From contig CAWIFV010000004.1 of assembly GCA_963835405.1 (NCBI GenBank), forward strand, positions 71,506 to 135,505: a stretch of DNA of 64,000 bases, given 5' to 3'. The DNA is from an uncultured Actinomycetota bacterium (GTDB lineage Bacteria > Actinomycetota > Actinomycetes > JAFAQI01). Below are positions 32,226 to 43,400 of the stretch, in pieces (position 1 is the stretch's first letter; each line of letters begins with the position of its first letter). Under the pieces are notes generated by a model, which searched no databases, had not been told where the DNA came from, and saw only the letters and a list, made by a program, of their open reading frames with translations. The position numbers and the translations under genes were made by a program.

Positions 32226-34667
32226 GTGGCCACGCGTACCGCGACGCGCCCCCGGCCGAGCACACGCTCGTCCGGGTCGAGCCGTCGCGCGCCCGCGACC
32301 GGCCGGTCGCGGGCGTCCACCCGGGGCACCTCCACCCGGTCCCGCCGGGGTCCCGCGCTGCCCGTCCGGGTGGCGCGCGCGGTCGCCCGGCTCCTCGCCG
32401 GTGTCTGGATGCTGCTGGCCCACGGCGTCGGCTCCGTCGCCCGGCACCTCGGTGGCGGCGCCCGCGATCTCGACCCCGCACACCGCCGCGACGGCGCCGG
32501 GCTGGCCGCCCTCGCGTCCGCGCTGGTGGTCGGCGTGGGCGCCTGGGGCGAGGCGGGTGGTCCGCTCGGCCACGGCGTCACCGTCGTGCTCCGCACCCTC
32601 GTGGGCTCGGCCGTCCTCGTCGTCCCCGTCCTGCTCGCCGTCCTCGGCTGGCGGTTGCTGCGCCGGCCGGAGACCGACGCGCCCCGCGGGCGCGCCGCGG
32701 TCGGGTCGGCAGCGGTCGCCATCGGCGTCCTCGGCGTGCTCGACCTGGTGCACGGCGACCCGACGACGTCGGCCGGCCGCCGCGGTGCCGGCGGTGTCCT
32801 CGGGGTGCTGGCCGGATCCCCGCTCGGTACGGCGCTGACGGCCTACCTGGCCATCCCGATCCTGCTGCTCGTCGCGCTGTTCGGCCTGCTGGTCGTGACC
32901 GGCACGCCGCTGCACGCCGTCCCGGACCGGCTGCGCGCCCTGGCCCACCGGCCACCCGCGACCGGGTCCGGCGACGAGGGCGGGAACGAGGACGAAGCCG
33001 AGCCGGTCGAGCCGGTCCGCCGCACGCGCGGCCGCAGGCGCCGGGCCGAGCCGCCCGGCCCGCTGACGGAGGCCGTTCCGTTCTCCGCCTCGCCCGTGCT
33101 GTCCGAGGAGATGCCCGCGCCGGCGTCCGAGGCCGCCGCGCCGCCTCCGGTCGTCTCGACACCGGCGCCGAAGAGCACCGAGCAGCTGCGGCTCGGCGAC
33201 GGCACCTACCAGCTGCCGCCGCCCACGATCCTGCGCGACGGACCGGCCGCGAAGAGCCGGAGCCAGGCCAACGACACCGTCATCACTGCGCTCTCCCAGG
33301 TGCTCGAGCAGTTCGCGGTCGACGCATCGGTGACCGGCTTCAGCCGCGGCCCGACGGTCACGCGCTACGAGGTCGAGCTCGGACCGGCGGTCAAGGTCGA
33401 GCGCATCAAGCAGCTGCAGCGCAACATCGCCTACGCCGTGAAGAGCCCCGACGTCCGCATCATCGACGTCATCCCGGGTCGCAGCGCGATCGGCATCGAG
33501 ATCCCGAACACCGACCGGGAGATGGTGGCCCTCGGTGACGTGCTCCGCTCGCCCGTCGCGACCAACGACCACCACCCGCTGGTCGTCGGGCTCGGCAAGG
33601 ACGTCGAGGGCCGGTTCATCGCCGCCAACCTCGCGAAGATGCCGCACACGCTCATCGCGGGTGCGACCGGTGCCGGCAAGTCGACGTGCATCAACACGCT
33701 GATCACGTCGATCCTGCTGCGCTCCACGCCGGACGAGGTGCGGCTCATCCTCATCGACCCCAAGCGGGTCGAGCTCACGCACTACCAGGGCATCCCGCAC
33801 CTCATCACGCCCATCATCACGAACCCCAAGAAGGCCGCCGACGCCCTGCAGTGGGTCGTCCGCGAGATGGAGCTCCGGTACGACGACATGGAGGCCGGTG
33901 GCGTCCGGCACATCGACGACTTCAACACCAAGGTGCGGGCCGGGAAGCTTCGCCAGCGCCCGGACGGCGAGCAGGAGTACACGCCGTACCCGTACCTGCT
34001 CGTCATCGTCGACGAGCTGGCGGACCTGATGATGGTGGCGCCGCGCGACGTCGAGGACGCGGTCGTCCGCATCACCCAGCTCGCCCGGGCCGCAGGCATC
34101 CACCTGGTGCTGGCGACCCAGCGCCCGTCGGTCGACGTGGTCACCGGGCTGATCAAGGCCAACGTGCCCAGCCGGCTGGCGTTCGCGACGGCGAGCCTGG
34201 CGGACAGCCGGGTCATCCTCGACACCCCCGGAGCGGAGAAGCTGGTCGGCGGCGGCGACGCGCTGTTCCTGCCGATGGGCGAGAGCAAGCCGATGCGGCT
34301 GCAGGGGGCGTTCGTCTCCGACAGCGAGATCGAGGCGGTCGTGGCGCACTGCACCAAGCAGGCCCGGCCGGACTACCGCGACGACGTCCTCGCCGCCGCG
34401 GAGAGCAAGAAGGAGATCGACGAGGAGGTCGGCGACGACCTCGACCTGCTCTGCCAGGCCGTGGAGCTCGTGGTGACGACCCAGTTCGGCTCGACCTCGA
34501 TGCTGCAGCGCAAGCTCCGGGTGGGTTTCGCGAAGGCGGGCCGGTTGATGGACCTCATGGAAAGCCGCGGCATCGTCGGCCCGAGCGAGGGCTCGAAGGC
34601 TCGCGACGTCCTCGTCCGGCCCGAGGAGCTCGACGGGATCGTCACCGTCCTCCGTGGCGAGGCGTGA
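32226..34667 (+). CDS. ftsK: DNA translocase FtsK
   Basis: Intact 813-aa ORF with N-terminal TM segments, a Pro-rich linker, Walker A GATGAGKST, LLVIVDELADL, and a gamma-domain tail MLQRKLRVGFAKAGRLMDLME. Confidence 0.95.
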   Translation: MATRTATRPRPSTRSSGSSRRAPATGRSRASTRGTSTRSRRGPALPVRVARAVARLLAGVWMLLAHGVGSVARHLGGGARDLDPAHRRDGAGLAALASALVVGVGAWGEAGGPLGHGVTVVLRTLVGSAVLVVPVLLAVLGWRLLRRPETDAPRGRAAVGSAAVAIGVLGVLDLVHGDPTTSAGRRGAGGVLGVLAGSPLGTALTAYLAIPILLLVALFGLLVVTGTPLHAVPDRLRALAHRPPATGSGDEGGNEDEAEPVEPVRRTRGRRRRAEPPGPLTEAVPFSASPVLSEEMPAPASEAAAPPPVVSTPAPKSTEQLRLGDGTYQLPPPTILRDGPAAKSRSQANDTVITALSQVLEQFAVDASVTGFSRGPTVTRYEVELGPAVKVERIKQLQRNIAYAVKSPDVRIIDVIPGRSAIGIEIPNTDREMVALGDVLRSPVATNDHHPLVVGLGKDVEGRFIAANLAKMPHTLIAGATGAGKSTCINTLITSILLRSTPDEVRLILIDPKRVELTHYQGIPHLITPIITNPKKAADALQWVVREMELRYDDMEAGGVRHIDDFNTKVRAGKLRQRPDGEQEYTPYPYLLVIVDELADLMMVAPRDVEDAVVRITQLARAAGIHLVLATQRPSVDVVTGLIKANVPSRLAFATASLADSRVILDTPGAEKLVGGGDALFLPMGESKPMRLQGAFVSDSEIEAVVAHCTKQARPDYRDDVLAAAESKKEIDEEVGDDLDLLCQAVELVVTTQFGSTSMLQRKLRVGFAKAGRLMDLMESRGIVGPSEGSKARDVLVRPEELDGIVTVLRGEA

Positions 34668-34704
34668 CGGTCGCGTGACGGTGCGGTAACGGCCTTCAGG
34701 AGCT

Positions 34705-34734
34705 TTGTCGAGAAATCGCGCTGAGCCCTAGACT
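34705..34734 (+). promoter_or_regulatory. Putative sigma-70-type promoter TTGTCG-N18-TAGACT
   Basis: It lies 40 bp upstream of the GTG at 34775, which has its own SD AGGAGG. Confidence 0.35.
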
Positions 34735-34774
34735 GGGCGGCGCCCCACCATCTCTTCCCCAGGAGGCTCGGCAC

Positions 34775-35544
34775 GTGTCCGTCGGTGCCGCACTGCGCGC
34801 CGCGCGCGAGGAGCGCGGGCTGTCGGTCGAGGACGTCAGCTCGGCGACACGCATCCGGGCCGGCCTGATCCGCTCGATCGAGTCCGACGACTTCGCGGGC
34901 ACCGGCGGCGCCGTCTACGCGCGCGGGCACATCCGCAGCATCGCCCGCTCCGTCGGGCTCGACCCCGCGCCCCTGATCGCCCAGTTCGACGGCGAGCACG
35001 CCGACGAGGTCCCCGCCGCCGTCGTTCCCGCGGCCAGCCTCGCCCCGGAGGACGCCGCCCGGGTCGACCGCAAGTCGCCGAACTGGGCCGGGGCCATGGC
35101 CGTCGTCCTGGTGATCGTCTCCGTCGTCGCCGGCGTCAGCCTGATCGGTGGTGGTGGCGGCTCGCCGCGCACGACGGCGCAGGACGAGCCGACCGTCACC
35201 CAGCCGACGACACCCCCTCCCGCGTCGCCGAGCGAGCCGGCGTCGCCGCCGCCGTCGGCCGTCGCGCAGGTCCCCACCGGCCAGGCGGTGGCGCTGGTCC
35301 GGGTCACCTCGTCCCGGACCTGGATGTCGGTCACGTCGCTGTCCGGCCGGCTGCTGTTCCAGGGCCTGCTGTCGGCCGGGGAGCGCAAGGTGTTCCGCGA
35401 CAACAAGGGCCTGCGGCTGACGATCGGCAACGCGCCGGTCGGTCGACCTGGTGCGCCAACGGCCAGGACATCGGTGAGCCCCGGTCGCAGGGCAACGTCG
35501 CCCACGTGACCATCGAGCGCGGCGGCGAGGTTCAGTACGGCTGA
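34775..35544 (+). pseudogene. RodZ-like helix-turn-helix / DUF4115 membrane protein; two frameshifts near 35435-35455
   Basis: HTH LRAAREERGLSVEDVSSATRIRAGLIRSIE, a TM segment, and a Pro-rich linker. The C-terminus continues as VDLV.. and [27 protein letters not shown]-stop (35542-35544) in other frames. Confidence 0.65.
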
Positions 35545-35556
35545 GCCGCCGCGCCG

Positions 35557-35562
35557 TAGGAT
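35557..35562 (+). promoter_or_regulatory. Putative -10 hexamer TAGGAT for leaderless rimO
   Basis: TAGGAT, then 6 nt, then the ATG at 35569. Confidence 0.4.
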
Positions 35563-35568
35563 CGACGG

Positions 35569-37043
35569 ATGTCCCGGTCCGTCGCGCTCGTCACCTTGGG
35601 CTGCGCGCGCAACGAGGTCGACTCCGAGGAGCTGGCCGCCCGGCTCGAGCGCGGCGGCTGGCAGGTCGTGCCGACGGACGCCGACGCCGCCGACGCCGTC
35701 CTCGTCAACACCTGCGGCTTCGTCGAGGCGGCCAAGCGGGACAGCATCGACACGCTCCTCGCGGCGCACGACAGGGCGGCAAGGTCGTCGCGGTCGGCTG
35801 CCTCGCGGAGCGGTACGGCGCGCAGCTGGCGCGCGAGCTGCCGGAGGCGGACGCCGTCCTCGGCTTCGACGACTACACCGACGTCGGCGGCGCGGCTGGA
35901 CGACGTGATCGCCGGCCGCCCGCTCGACGCGCACCAGCCGCGCGACCGGCGGACCCTGCTGCCGCTCACGCCGGTGCGGCGGGCGGGAGCGGCGACCGCC
36001 GGTGACGTCGGGGTCCCCGGCCACGCGGGCGGCCCGCAGGGCGTGCTGCGCCGCCGGCTCGGCGACGGCCCGGTGGCTCCGGTCAAGCTCGCGTCCGGGT
36101 GCGACCGTCGGTGCGCCTTCTGCGCGATCCCGTCGTTCCGCGGCGCGTTCGTCTCCCGGACGCCGGACGACGTGCTCGCCGACGCGGAGTGGCTGGCCGC
36201 GCAGGGCGTCCGCGAGCTCGTGCTCGTCAGCGAGAACTCCTCCTCCTACGGCAAGGACCTCGGCGACGTCCGCGCTGCTCGAGAAGCTGCTGCCGCAGCT
36301 CGCCGCGGTGCCGGGGGTCGCGCGGGTGCGCGTGTCCTACCTGCAGCCCGCCGAGACCCGCCCCTCGCTCGTCGAGGTCATGACCTCCACCCCGGGTGTC
36401 GCGGCGTACTTCGACCTGTCCTTCCAGCACGCGAGCGAGCCGGTGCTGCGCCGGATGCGGCGGTTCGGCTCGACCGAGCGGTTCCTCGAGCTGCTCGCGT
36501 CGGTGCGCGCACTCGCGCCGGCAGCGGGGGTCCGGAGCAACGTCATCGTCGGGTTCCCCGGCGAGACGAAGGCGGACGTCGCGGAGCTGGAGCGGTTCCT
36601 GACGCCGGCAAGGCTCGACGCCGTCGGGGTCTTCGGCTACTCCGACGAGGACGGCACCGAGGCGGCCCGGCTCGACCGCAAGGTCCGTCGCGACGCCGTC
36701 GACCGCCGGGTCGCCCGGCTCGGCGCGCTGGTCGAGGAGCTGGTCGCGCAGCGCGCCGAGGAGCGCGCGGGCGAGGTCGTCGAGGTGCTCGTCGAGTCGG
36801 TCGGTGGGCGGGCGGTGGGCCGAGCGGTCGGACGCGGCGGACCGTCGAGGGCCGGGCCGCCCACCAGGCGCCGGAGGTCGACGGCATCACCACCGTCACC
36901 GGCTGCACCGGCGTCGCGGTCGGTGACGTCGTGCGCGCGCGGGTCGTGGCGCACCGACGGCGTCGACCTCGTCGCGGTGCCGGCTCCGGAGGCGGCCGCG
37001 GCCCGTCCGGGCGGCGCCGACCTGCGTGCGGTCGCCGGCATGA
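35569..37043 (+). pseudogene. rimO: Ribosomal protein S12 methylthiotransferase RimO, about 5 frameshifts as sequenced; 3' end approximate
   Basis: [16 protein letters not shown], radical-SAM [32 protein letters not shown] and the TRAM-like tail [18 protein letters not shown] are spread over the frames of ORFs 35569.. and 36002... Confidence 0.8.
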
Positions 37044-37685
37044 TCCGCGCCGGCACCGGTCGCCGACCCGGCGGCACAGCCCGCGCAGACCGCGCGGGTC
37101 GTCAACATCGCCAACGGGCTGACGCTGCTGCGGCTGCTGCTCGTGCCGGCGTTCGCGCTGCTGCTCGCTCGCGAACGGCGGGCACTCCTCCGGCTGGCGG
37201 ATCTGGTCGTTCGTCGCCTTCGCGGTCGCGACCATCACCGATCTCGTCGACGGCGACCTGGCCCGCAGCCGCGGGCCTCGTCACCGATGTCGGCAAGGTC
37301 GCCGACCCGATCGCGGACAAGATGCTCATCGGCGCGGCGCTCATCGGCCTGTCCGCGCTGGGTGACCTGCCCTGGTGGGTGACCGCGCTGATCCTCGCCC
37401 GCGAGATCGGGGTGACCGCGCTGCGCTTCTTCGTCATCCGACACGGCGTGATCCCGGCCAGCCGGGGCGGCAAGGCCAAGACCCTGCTGCAGAACGTCGT
37501 CGATCGGCCTCTACGTGCTGCCGCTCGTCGGCTGGGCGGCGTCGCTGCGCTTCTGGCTGCTGGCCGTGGCCGTCGTCGTGACCGTCGCGACCGGCGCCGA
37601 CTACGTCGTCCGTGCGGTGCACCTGCGCCGGACCAGCGCACGCGCACTGCTCAAGCGCGCCCGGCGGGAGGCGCGGCAGCGGTGA
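37040..37685 (+). pseudogene. pgsA: CDP-diacylglycerol--glycerol-3-phosphate 3-phosphatidyltransferase (CDP-alcohol phosphotransferase), 3 or more frameshifts; start approximate
   Basis: [28 protein letters not shown] and [10 protein letters not shown] (the D-x2-DG-x2-AR...D-x3-D motif), then [14 protein letters not shown]. The stop TGA is at 37683-37685. Confidence 0.75.
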
Positions 37686-38164
37686 CCGTCGACGTCCGCG
37701 GCCTGGACGTCGAGGTCCACCGCGCCCTCGCCGCCCGCGGCGCCACCGTGGCCGTGGCCGAGTCGCTCACCGGCGGCCTGCTCGGTGCCGCGCTCACCGA
37801 CATGCCGGGCGCGTCCCGGACGTTCCGCGGCGGCATCCTCGCCTACGCGACCGACCTCAAGGTCGCCCTGCTCGGCGTGCCCGCTCCACTCCTCGACGCC
37901 GAAGGAGCGGTCTCCGGTCAGGTGGCCGCGGCGATGGCCGGCGCGGTGCGCGACCGGCTCGGCGCGACGTACGGCGTCGCCCTGACCGGCGTCGCCGGCC
38001 CCGATCCGCAGGACGGTGCGCCGCCGGGAACCGTGTTCGGCGCGGTGGCCGGGCCGGAGGAGGGCCGGATCGAGGAGTGGACACTGCCCGGCGACCGGGA
38101 CGAGATCCGCGTCGCGGCGGTGCGGGTGGCTCTGGCGTTGTTACGTGATGTCCTGACCGGGTGA
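37682..38164 (+). CDS. CinA C-terminal domain protein (nicotinamide-nucleotide amidohydrolase PncC-like)
   Basis: The GTG overlaps the pgsA stop. Motifs [13 protein letters not shown] and [10 protein letters not shown] are present. Confidence 0.8.
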   Translation: MTVDVRGLDVEVHRALAARGATVAVAESLTGGLLGAALTDMPGASRTFRGGILAYATDLKVALLGVPAPLLDAEGAVSGQVAAAMAGAVRDRLGATYGVALTGVAGPDPQDGAPPGTVFGAVAGPEEGRIEEWTLPGDRDEIRVAAVRVALALLRDVLTG

Positions 38165-38220
38165 CGGCGGGTACGGTGGTGGGCCGGCACAGGTGGCGCC
38201 GGGGCGAGGAGGCGAGCGGG

Positions 38221-38649
38221 ATGGTGTTGCTCCGCCGGTTGGTCGGGGAGGCGTTACGTCGCCACCGGCTGCGTCAGTCGCGCACGCTGCGCGAGGTCAG
38301 CGCCGCCGCCCAGGTCTCCCTCGGCTACCTGTCCGAGGTGGAGCGCGGGCGCAAGGAGGCGTCGAGCGAACTGCTCGCCTCGATCTGCTCCGCCCTCGGC
38401 GTAAGCCTGTCCGACGTCCTGCGCGAGGTCAGCGACGAGCTCGCGATGGCCGAGCGTCCCGCCGTCCCGATCGGGTTCGGACCGGCGCCGGTGGCCAAAG
38501 GCTCCACCGCCCGCGCCGGTGCGGTCGCCGGCGTGGCACCGCTCGTCCCGTCCCGTGCGCCGGGTGCCCGCCCCGTGGCGTCACCGCAGCAGGCACGGCC
38601 GGGCGCCCCCGTCGGCTACGTCTCGGCCCGCCCGGTCGCCGCCGCCTGA
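38221..38649 (+). CDS. clgR: XRE-family HTH transcriptional regulator, ClgR/PopR-like
   Basis: SD GAGGAGG upstream; [41 protein letters not shown]; position after pgsA-cinA as in other actinomycetes. Confidence 0.7.
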   Translation: MVLLRRLVGEALRRHRLRQSRTLREVSAAAQVSLGYLSEVERGRKEASSELLASICSALGVSLSDVLREVSDELAMAERPAVPIGFGPAPVAKGSTARAGAVAGVAPLVPSRAPGARPVASPQQARPGAPVGYVSARPVAAA

Positions 38650-38651
38650 CG

Positions 38652-39299
38652 ATGCAGCCCGACCCGTCGGCCGCTCCCGTGCGCGAGCGGGGCGTCCGCA
38701 GCCGCGCCGGCAACGCGATGGGCCGCACCCGCGCCGCCGTCCTCGACGGCGCGGCGCGAGCCGTCGAGAAGTACGGCGCTCGCCGCGGCGACCATGGCCG
38801 ACATCGCCGCCCTGGCGGGCATCGCGAAGGGCACGCTCTACAACCACTTCCGCGCCAAGGACGCCGTCTACGCCGCGGCGCTGGACAGCGGCATCCGGAC
38901 GCTCGGCGAGGAGTGCGCTCAGGTCGCCGCCGACGATCTCGCCGACGCCCTGGCCCTCGCCGCGGAGCGGATCGGCTCGAACCCGGCGCTGCGCCGGGTG
39001 GCCGCCGACGAGCCGGCCGCGATCGCCGGCTGCCTGTGCATCGGCGGACACACCGGTGTGGCTGGCCGCGCGCGGGGCGGTCCGCGACGTCCTGGCCGCG
39101 GCCGGGCGGGACGGCTCCGAGCCGGCCGTCGACGTCGTGCTGCGCTGGCTGGTGTCGTTCGTGGGGGCGCCGGGTGCGGGCATCGAGCAGCAGGCGGCGC
39201 TCGTCGCGGCTGCGGTGCCGCCGGCGCCGGCCACACCTGCGGAGGCGGCGGATCGGAGCGGAGCCCGGCCCTCAGGGCGACGGAGCCGGCCCGGCCTGA
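38652..39299 (+). pseudogene. TetR family transcriptional regulator, 2-3 frameshifts; 3' end uncertain
   Basis: RTRAAVLDGAARAVEKYG in frame 0, TMADIAALAGIAKGTLYNHFRAKDAVY in frame 1, and VWLAARGAVRDVLAAAGRDGSEPAVDVVLRWLVSF in frame 2. Confidence 0.6.
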
Positions 39300-40078
39300 C
39301 AGCGCGGGCACCAGTAGCAGACCCGCGCCCGGTCCGCCCGCCCCGGCTCGGCCTGGCTGCCGGTCCGCACCGGCGTACCGCAGCGCCGGCACGCCCGGCC
39401 GGCGCGCTCGAACACCCAGTGCTCCTCGCCGCGACGGGTGCTGCCCGTCGTGCTCTGCGACCAGTGGTCCTTGTTCGCGCGGAGCAGCCGATGCACCCGC
39501 CGTACGACGGCCGGCAGGTCGACGTCGGCCACCGGCGTCCACGGCGTGACGCCGGAGCAGAACGGCACCTCGGTCTTGTAGAGGTTGCCCACACCGGCGA
39601 GGTTCGTCTGGTCGAGCAGCGCCGGGCCGATCTCCCGGTCGGGGTGCCGCGCCAGCCGGCGGACCGCCTCGTCGGCGTCCCAGTCCGGGCCCAGCAGGTC
39701 CGGTCCGAGATGGCCGACGGCGCTCGTCTCGTCGGCGGTGTCGAGCAGCTCGACGACGGGAAGGCGGTAGCCGACCGCCTGCCACGATCCGGTGTCGAGG
39801 ACGACCCGCACCTGGTGGGCCGGCCCGCCGCTCCAGCGGCTGCCCGGCCGGTACAGATGCCAGCTCCCGTCCATCGCGAAGTGCGTGTGCAGGGTGCACC
39901 CGCCGTCGATGCGGGTCAGCAGGTGCTTGCCGCGGCTCACCACCTCCAGCACGGTGCGCCCGGCGAGGTCCGTCGTCGCGAGCCGGGGGACCCGGAAGTC
40001 GGTGCGCACGAGCACCTGGCCGGCCAGGGCGTCGTGCAGCCGCCTGCCGGCGAGGTGGACGGTGTCTCCCTCGGGCAC
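39272..40078 (-). CDS. nei: Fpg/Nei family DNA glycosylase (endonuclease VIII-like)
   Basis: A GTG start gives the obligatory N-terminal (M)PEGDTV. The zinc finger is CRRCGTPV...CYWCPRCQ. The longer ORF to 40186 would bury the catalytic Pro2. Confidence 0.85.
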   Translation of the reverse strand: MPEGDTVHLAGRRLHDALAGQVLVRTDFRVPRLATTDLAGRTVLEVVSRGKHLLTRIDGGCTLHTHFAMDGSWHLYRPGSRWSGGPAHQVRVVLDTGSWQAVGYRLPVVELLDTADETSAVGHLGPDLLGPDWDADEAVRRLARHPDREIGPALLDQTNLAGVGNLYKTEVPFCSGVTPWTPVADVDLPAVVRRVHRLLRANKDHWSQSTTGSTRRGEEHWVFERAGRACRRCGTPVRTGSQAEPGRADRARVCYWCPRCQAGPAPSP

Positions 40079-40179
40079 GGTGTCCATTCTGCGGGTGTCC
40101 GGGCTCGGGACTTTCGGCCCTCGACGCCGGGCCCTGCGCCGGGGACGGTCGGAAGAGGACGAGTCGCGAGGAGGCCGCC

Positions 40180-40374
40180 ATGGCAACGGTCACCGACGAG
40201 ATCCGCCACCAGGTCGAGGCCCGGCGGCTGCGGCTGCGCGAGGCGTGCGCGGCCGGCGACGAGGAGCGCGCCATCGGTGCGCTGGAGGCGCTCGAGGACC
40301 TCGCGGACGTCGCCCGCCGGGTCGCCGAGGCCGACATGATCCGCCGTACGCCGTGGGACGACATCCCGCGGTAG
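40180..40374 (+). CDS. Small hypothetical protein (64 aa), acidic and helical, antisense-oriented between lhr and nei
   Basis: SD GAGGAGG (40168-40174) lies 5 nt before the ATG. About 95 percent of third positions are G/C. I recognise no family. Confidence 0.5.
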   Translation: MATVTDEIRHQVEARRLRLREACAAGDEERAIGALEALEDLADVARRVAEADMIRRTPWDDIPR

Positions 40375-40397
40375 GGCAGCATCCCGCGGTAGGGCGG
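40362..40397. repeat. 18-bp tandem duplication (x2) containing the TAG stop of the small ORF
   Basis: CATCCCGCGGTAGGGCAG followed by CATCCCGCGGTAGGGCGG. Confidence 0.85.
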
Positions 40398-40401
40398 CCG
40401 G

Positions 40402-43400
40402 TCAGGCGCGCAGCCGCAGCCCGCGGGGCGTCGGCCGGAAGCCGGCCTGCTCGAGCGCCGCACCGAGCGGCGAGGTGAGCACCGCCGCGCCGTCGGCCCG
40501 CTCGACCGCGAGCCTGCCCAGCGTCCCCTCCCGGACGGCGAGGGCGAGCGCGTCGACCGCGGGCTGCAGGCACCGCGGGTCCTCGCTCCACGACAGCAGC
40601 GACTTGCCGCCGCGCTCGACGTAGAGCGCGAGGGCGCCGTCGACGCAGGACGACGAGTGCGCCGGCCTTGCGCCCCGGCCGGTGCCCGCCCTCGGCCCCG
40701 CCGGGCGGTCCGGCCAGGGCAGCGCGGCGCCGTACGGGTTCGCCGGGTCGGTCGCGGCGAGCACGACCGCGGCCTGCTCGTCGCGCGGCGGCGCGTTCGC
40801 GCCAGCCGCCGGGCACGGGTGGCTGCCACGGCGACGCCGGGGCTGCCGGTGACTCCGCGCGTTGTTGCATCGCCCGCATCCGGTCGACGGCGCCGGGCAG
40901 CGCGAACTGCGCGCCGCCGAGCCCCTCGACGAAGTAGCCGCGCCGGCAGCGGCCGGTCTCCTCGAACGCCTTCAGGACCGGGTAGACGGCGGCGAAGCCG
41001 CCGGGCACGCGCTCGGCCATGACCGCGCCGCGGGTGACGATGCCGTGCCGGTCGAGCAGCGCCTCCGCGGCGGCGTGCGCCCGCCGGGTCGGGTCGGGCT
41101 CGCGGTCCGGGAGCAGCGACCAGCGACCGGCGGCGGTCGGCGGGCCGGCGCGGGACGGCAGGACCGGGCGGCCGCGCCGGCCCGGGCGAACCCGCGGCGG
41201 GCCGCTGCGCCGCGCACCCGCTCCGAGGCGCACCCGCAGCGGCGCCAGGGTGTCGTTGGTGACGCGGCCGGCCCAGACCAGGTCCCACAGGACCTCGGCC
41301 AGCGCGGCGTCCGGGACGGCCGGGTCGGCGATGCGGTCGGCCAGCGCGCGGAAGAACAGCGCGCCGCCGCCCGACAGCGCCTCGAGCACCTGCTCGTGCA
41401 GCGGCGTGAGCGTGGCGGCGGCGTCGACGTCGGGCATGCAGCAGCGGTGCGGTGTCGGCGAGCTCGAGCGACACCCAGCCGTCCTGGCCGGGCAGCGAGC
41501 CCTGCCCGACCCACAGCACCTCGCCGCTGCTGGTCAGCTCGTCGAGCAGCGCCGGGGTGTAGTCGGCGACCCGCGACGGGAGCACCGTCGCCTCGAGCGC
41601 CGACGCCGGCACCGCCGCCCCCTGCAGCTGCTCGACGGCGCGGACCAAGCCGTCGACACCGCGCCCGGCGCCGTGGTGACCGGCGGCCGCACCGACGCCC
41701 TGCCACGCGGGGAGGAACCGCGCCAGCGCGCGCGGCGGGGCGGGCTCGACCTCGCGGCGCAGCTTGGCCAGCGACCGCCGGCGCATGGCGCGCAGCACCT
41801 CGGCGTCGCACCACTCCAGCCCGCCGCCGCCGGGCCGGAACTCGCCGCTGTACGACCCGCCCCGCCGCCGCGAGCCGGTGCAGCGCGTGCTCGGCGACGG
41901 CGAGGCCGAGACCGAACCGAGCGGCGACGTCGACGCGCGTGGAACGGCCCGTGGGTGCGGGCGTAGCGCGACACCAGGTCGCCGAGCGGGTCGGCGACCG
42001 GCTCGAGGAACGCCTGCGGCGACGCCGACCGGCAGCGGCGTGCCGAGGGCGTCGCGGAGCCGGGACGCGTCCTCGACCGCGCACCACCGCTCCTCGCCGC
42101 CGACACGGACCCGGATCGCCCGGCGCTGCTCCTCGAGGTCGGCCAGCCACGACGGGGTGGCGCCGCGCCGCACCGCCTCCTCGGTGGACAGGTCGCCGAG
42201 CAGCCGCAGCAGATCGGCGACGCCCTCGGCGTCGCGGGCGCGGCGCTCGTCGGTGAGCCGCTGCAGCTCGGTCTCGACCTCGGTGACCGCGTCGGCGTCG
42301 AGCAGGTCGCGCAGCTCGGCGGTGCCGAGCAGCTCGGCGAGCAGGGTCGCGTCGAGGGTCAGCGCCGCGGCCCGCCGCTCGGCCAGCGGCTGGTCGCCCT
42401 CGTACATGAACTGGCCGATGTAGCCGAACAGCAGCGAGCGCGCCATCGGAGAGGGCTGCTGGGTCTCGACGTCGACGACGCGCACGCCGCGTTCGGCGAC
42501 GTCGCGCATCAGCCGGCTCAGCCCGGGGACGTCGAAGACGTCCTGCAGGCACTCGCGCATCGTCTCGAGCACGATCGGGAAGCTAGCCGTACTCCGCCGC
42601 CACCGCGAGCAGCTGCGCCGACCGCTGGCGTTGCTGCCACAGCGGCGTGCGCTGGCCGGGGTTGCGTCGCGGCAGGAGCAGGGCACGCGCCGCGCACTCG
42701 CGGAACCGCGACGCGAACAGCGCCGAGCCGCCGACCTCGTCGGTGACGAGCGGCTCGACCTCGTCCGGGTCGAAGACGGCGAGCTCCGGTGGCGGTGGCT
42801 CGTCCGACCCTGCAACCTCGATGGGGGGCAGCCGCACGACGATGCCGTCGTCGGTGTGCATCGCCTGCCACGTCGACGCCGTACCGCTCGCGCAGCCGCG
42901 CGGTCAGCGCCAGCGCCCAGGGCGCGTGCACCTGCGCGCCGAACGGCGAGTGCACCGCGACCCGCCAGTCGCCCAGCTCGTCGCGGAAGCGCTCGACGAC
43001 GATCGTGCGGTCGTCCGGCACGTGACCGGTCGCCTCGCGCTGCTCGTCGAGGTAGCCGAGGGTGTTCAGCGCGGCCCACTCGTCGAGCCCGATCTCCTGC
43101 AGCAGCGCCGCCGCCGCGTCGCGGTCGAGTCGCTGCAGCTCGCGGACGAACGCCCCCAGCGCCCGGCCGAGCTCGACCGGCCGCCCGGGTGCGTCGCCGT
43201 GCCAGAACGGCAGCCTCCCCGGCTGACCCGGTGCGGGCGAGACGACGACCCGGTCGTGGGTGATGTCCTCGATCCGCCAGCTGCTCGAGCCGAGGGTGAA
43301 CACGTCGCCGACCCGCGACTCGTAGACCATCTCCTCGTCCAGCTCGCCGACACGCGTCCCGCCGGAGGCGCGCGCGGACTGCAATGGCTTGTCTCCCGAC

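Noticed and set aside
36002-38164. A 720-aa plus-strand ORF spanning rimO, pgsA and cinA as if it were one fusion protein.
   Set aside because: Motif inspection shows three separate genes whose true frames alternate. The single ORF exists only because no stop happens to occur in that frame. The cinA part starts at the GTG at 37682, overlapping the pgsA stop.
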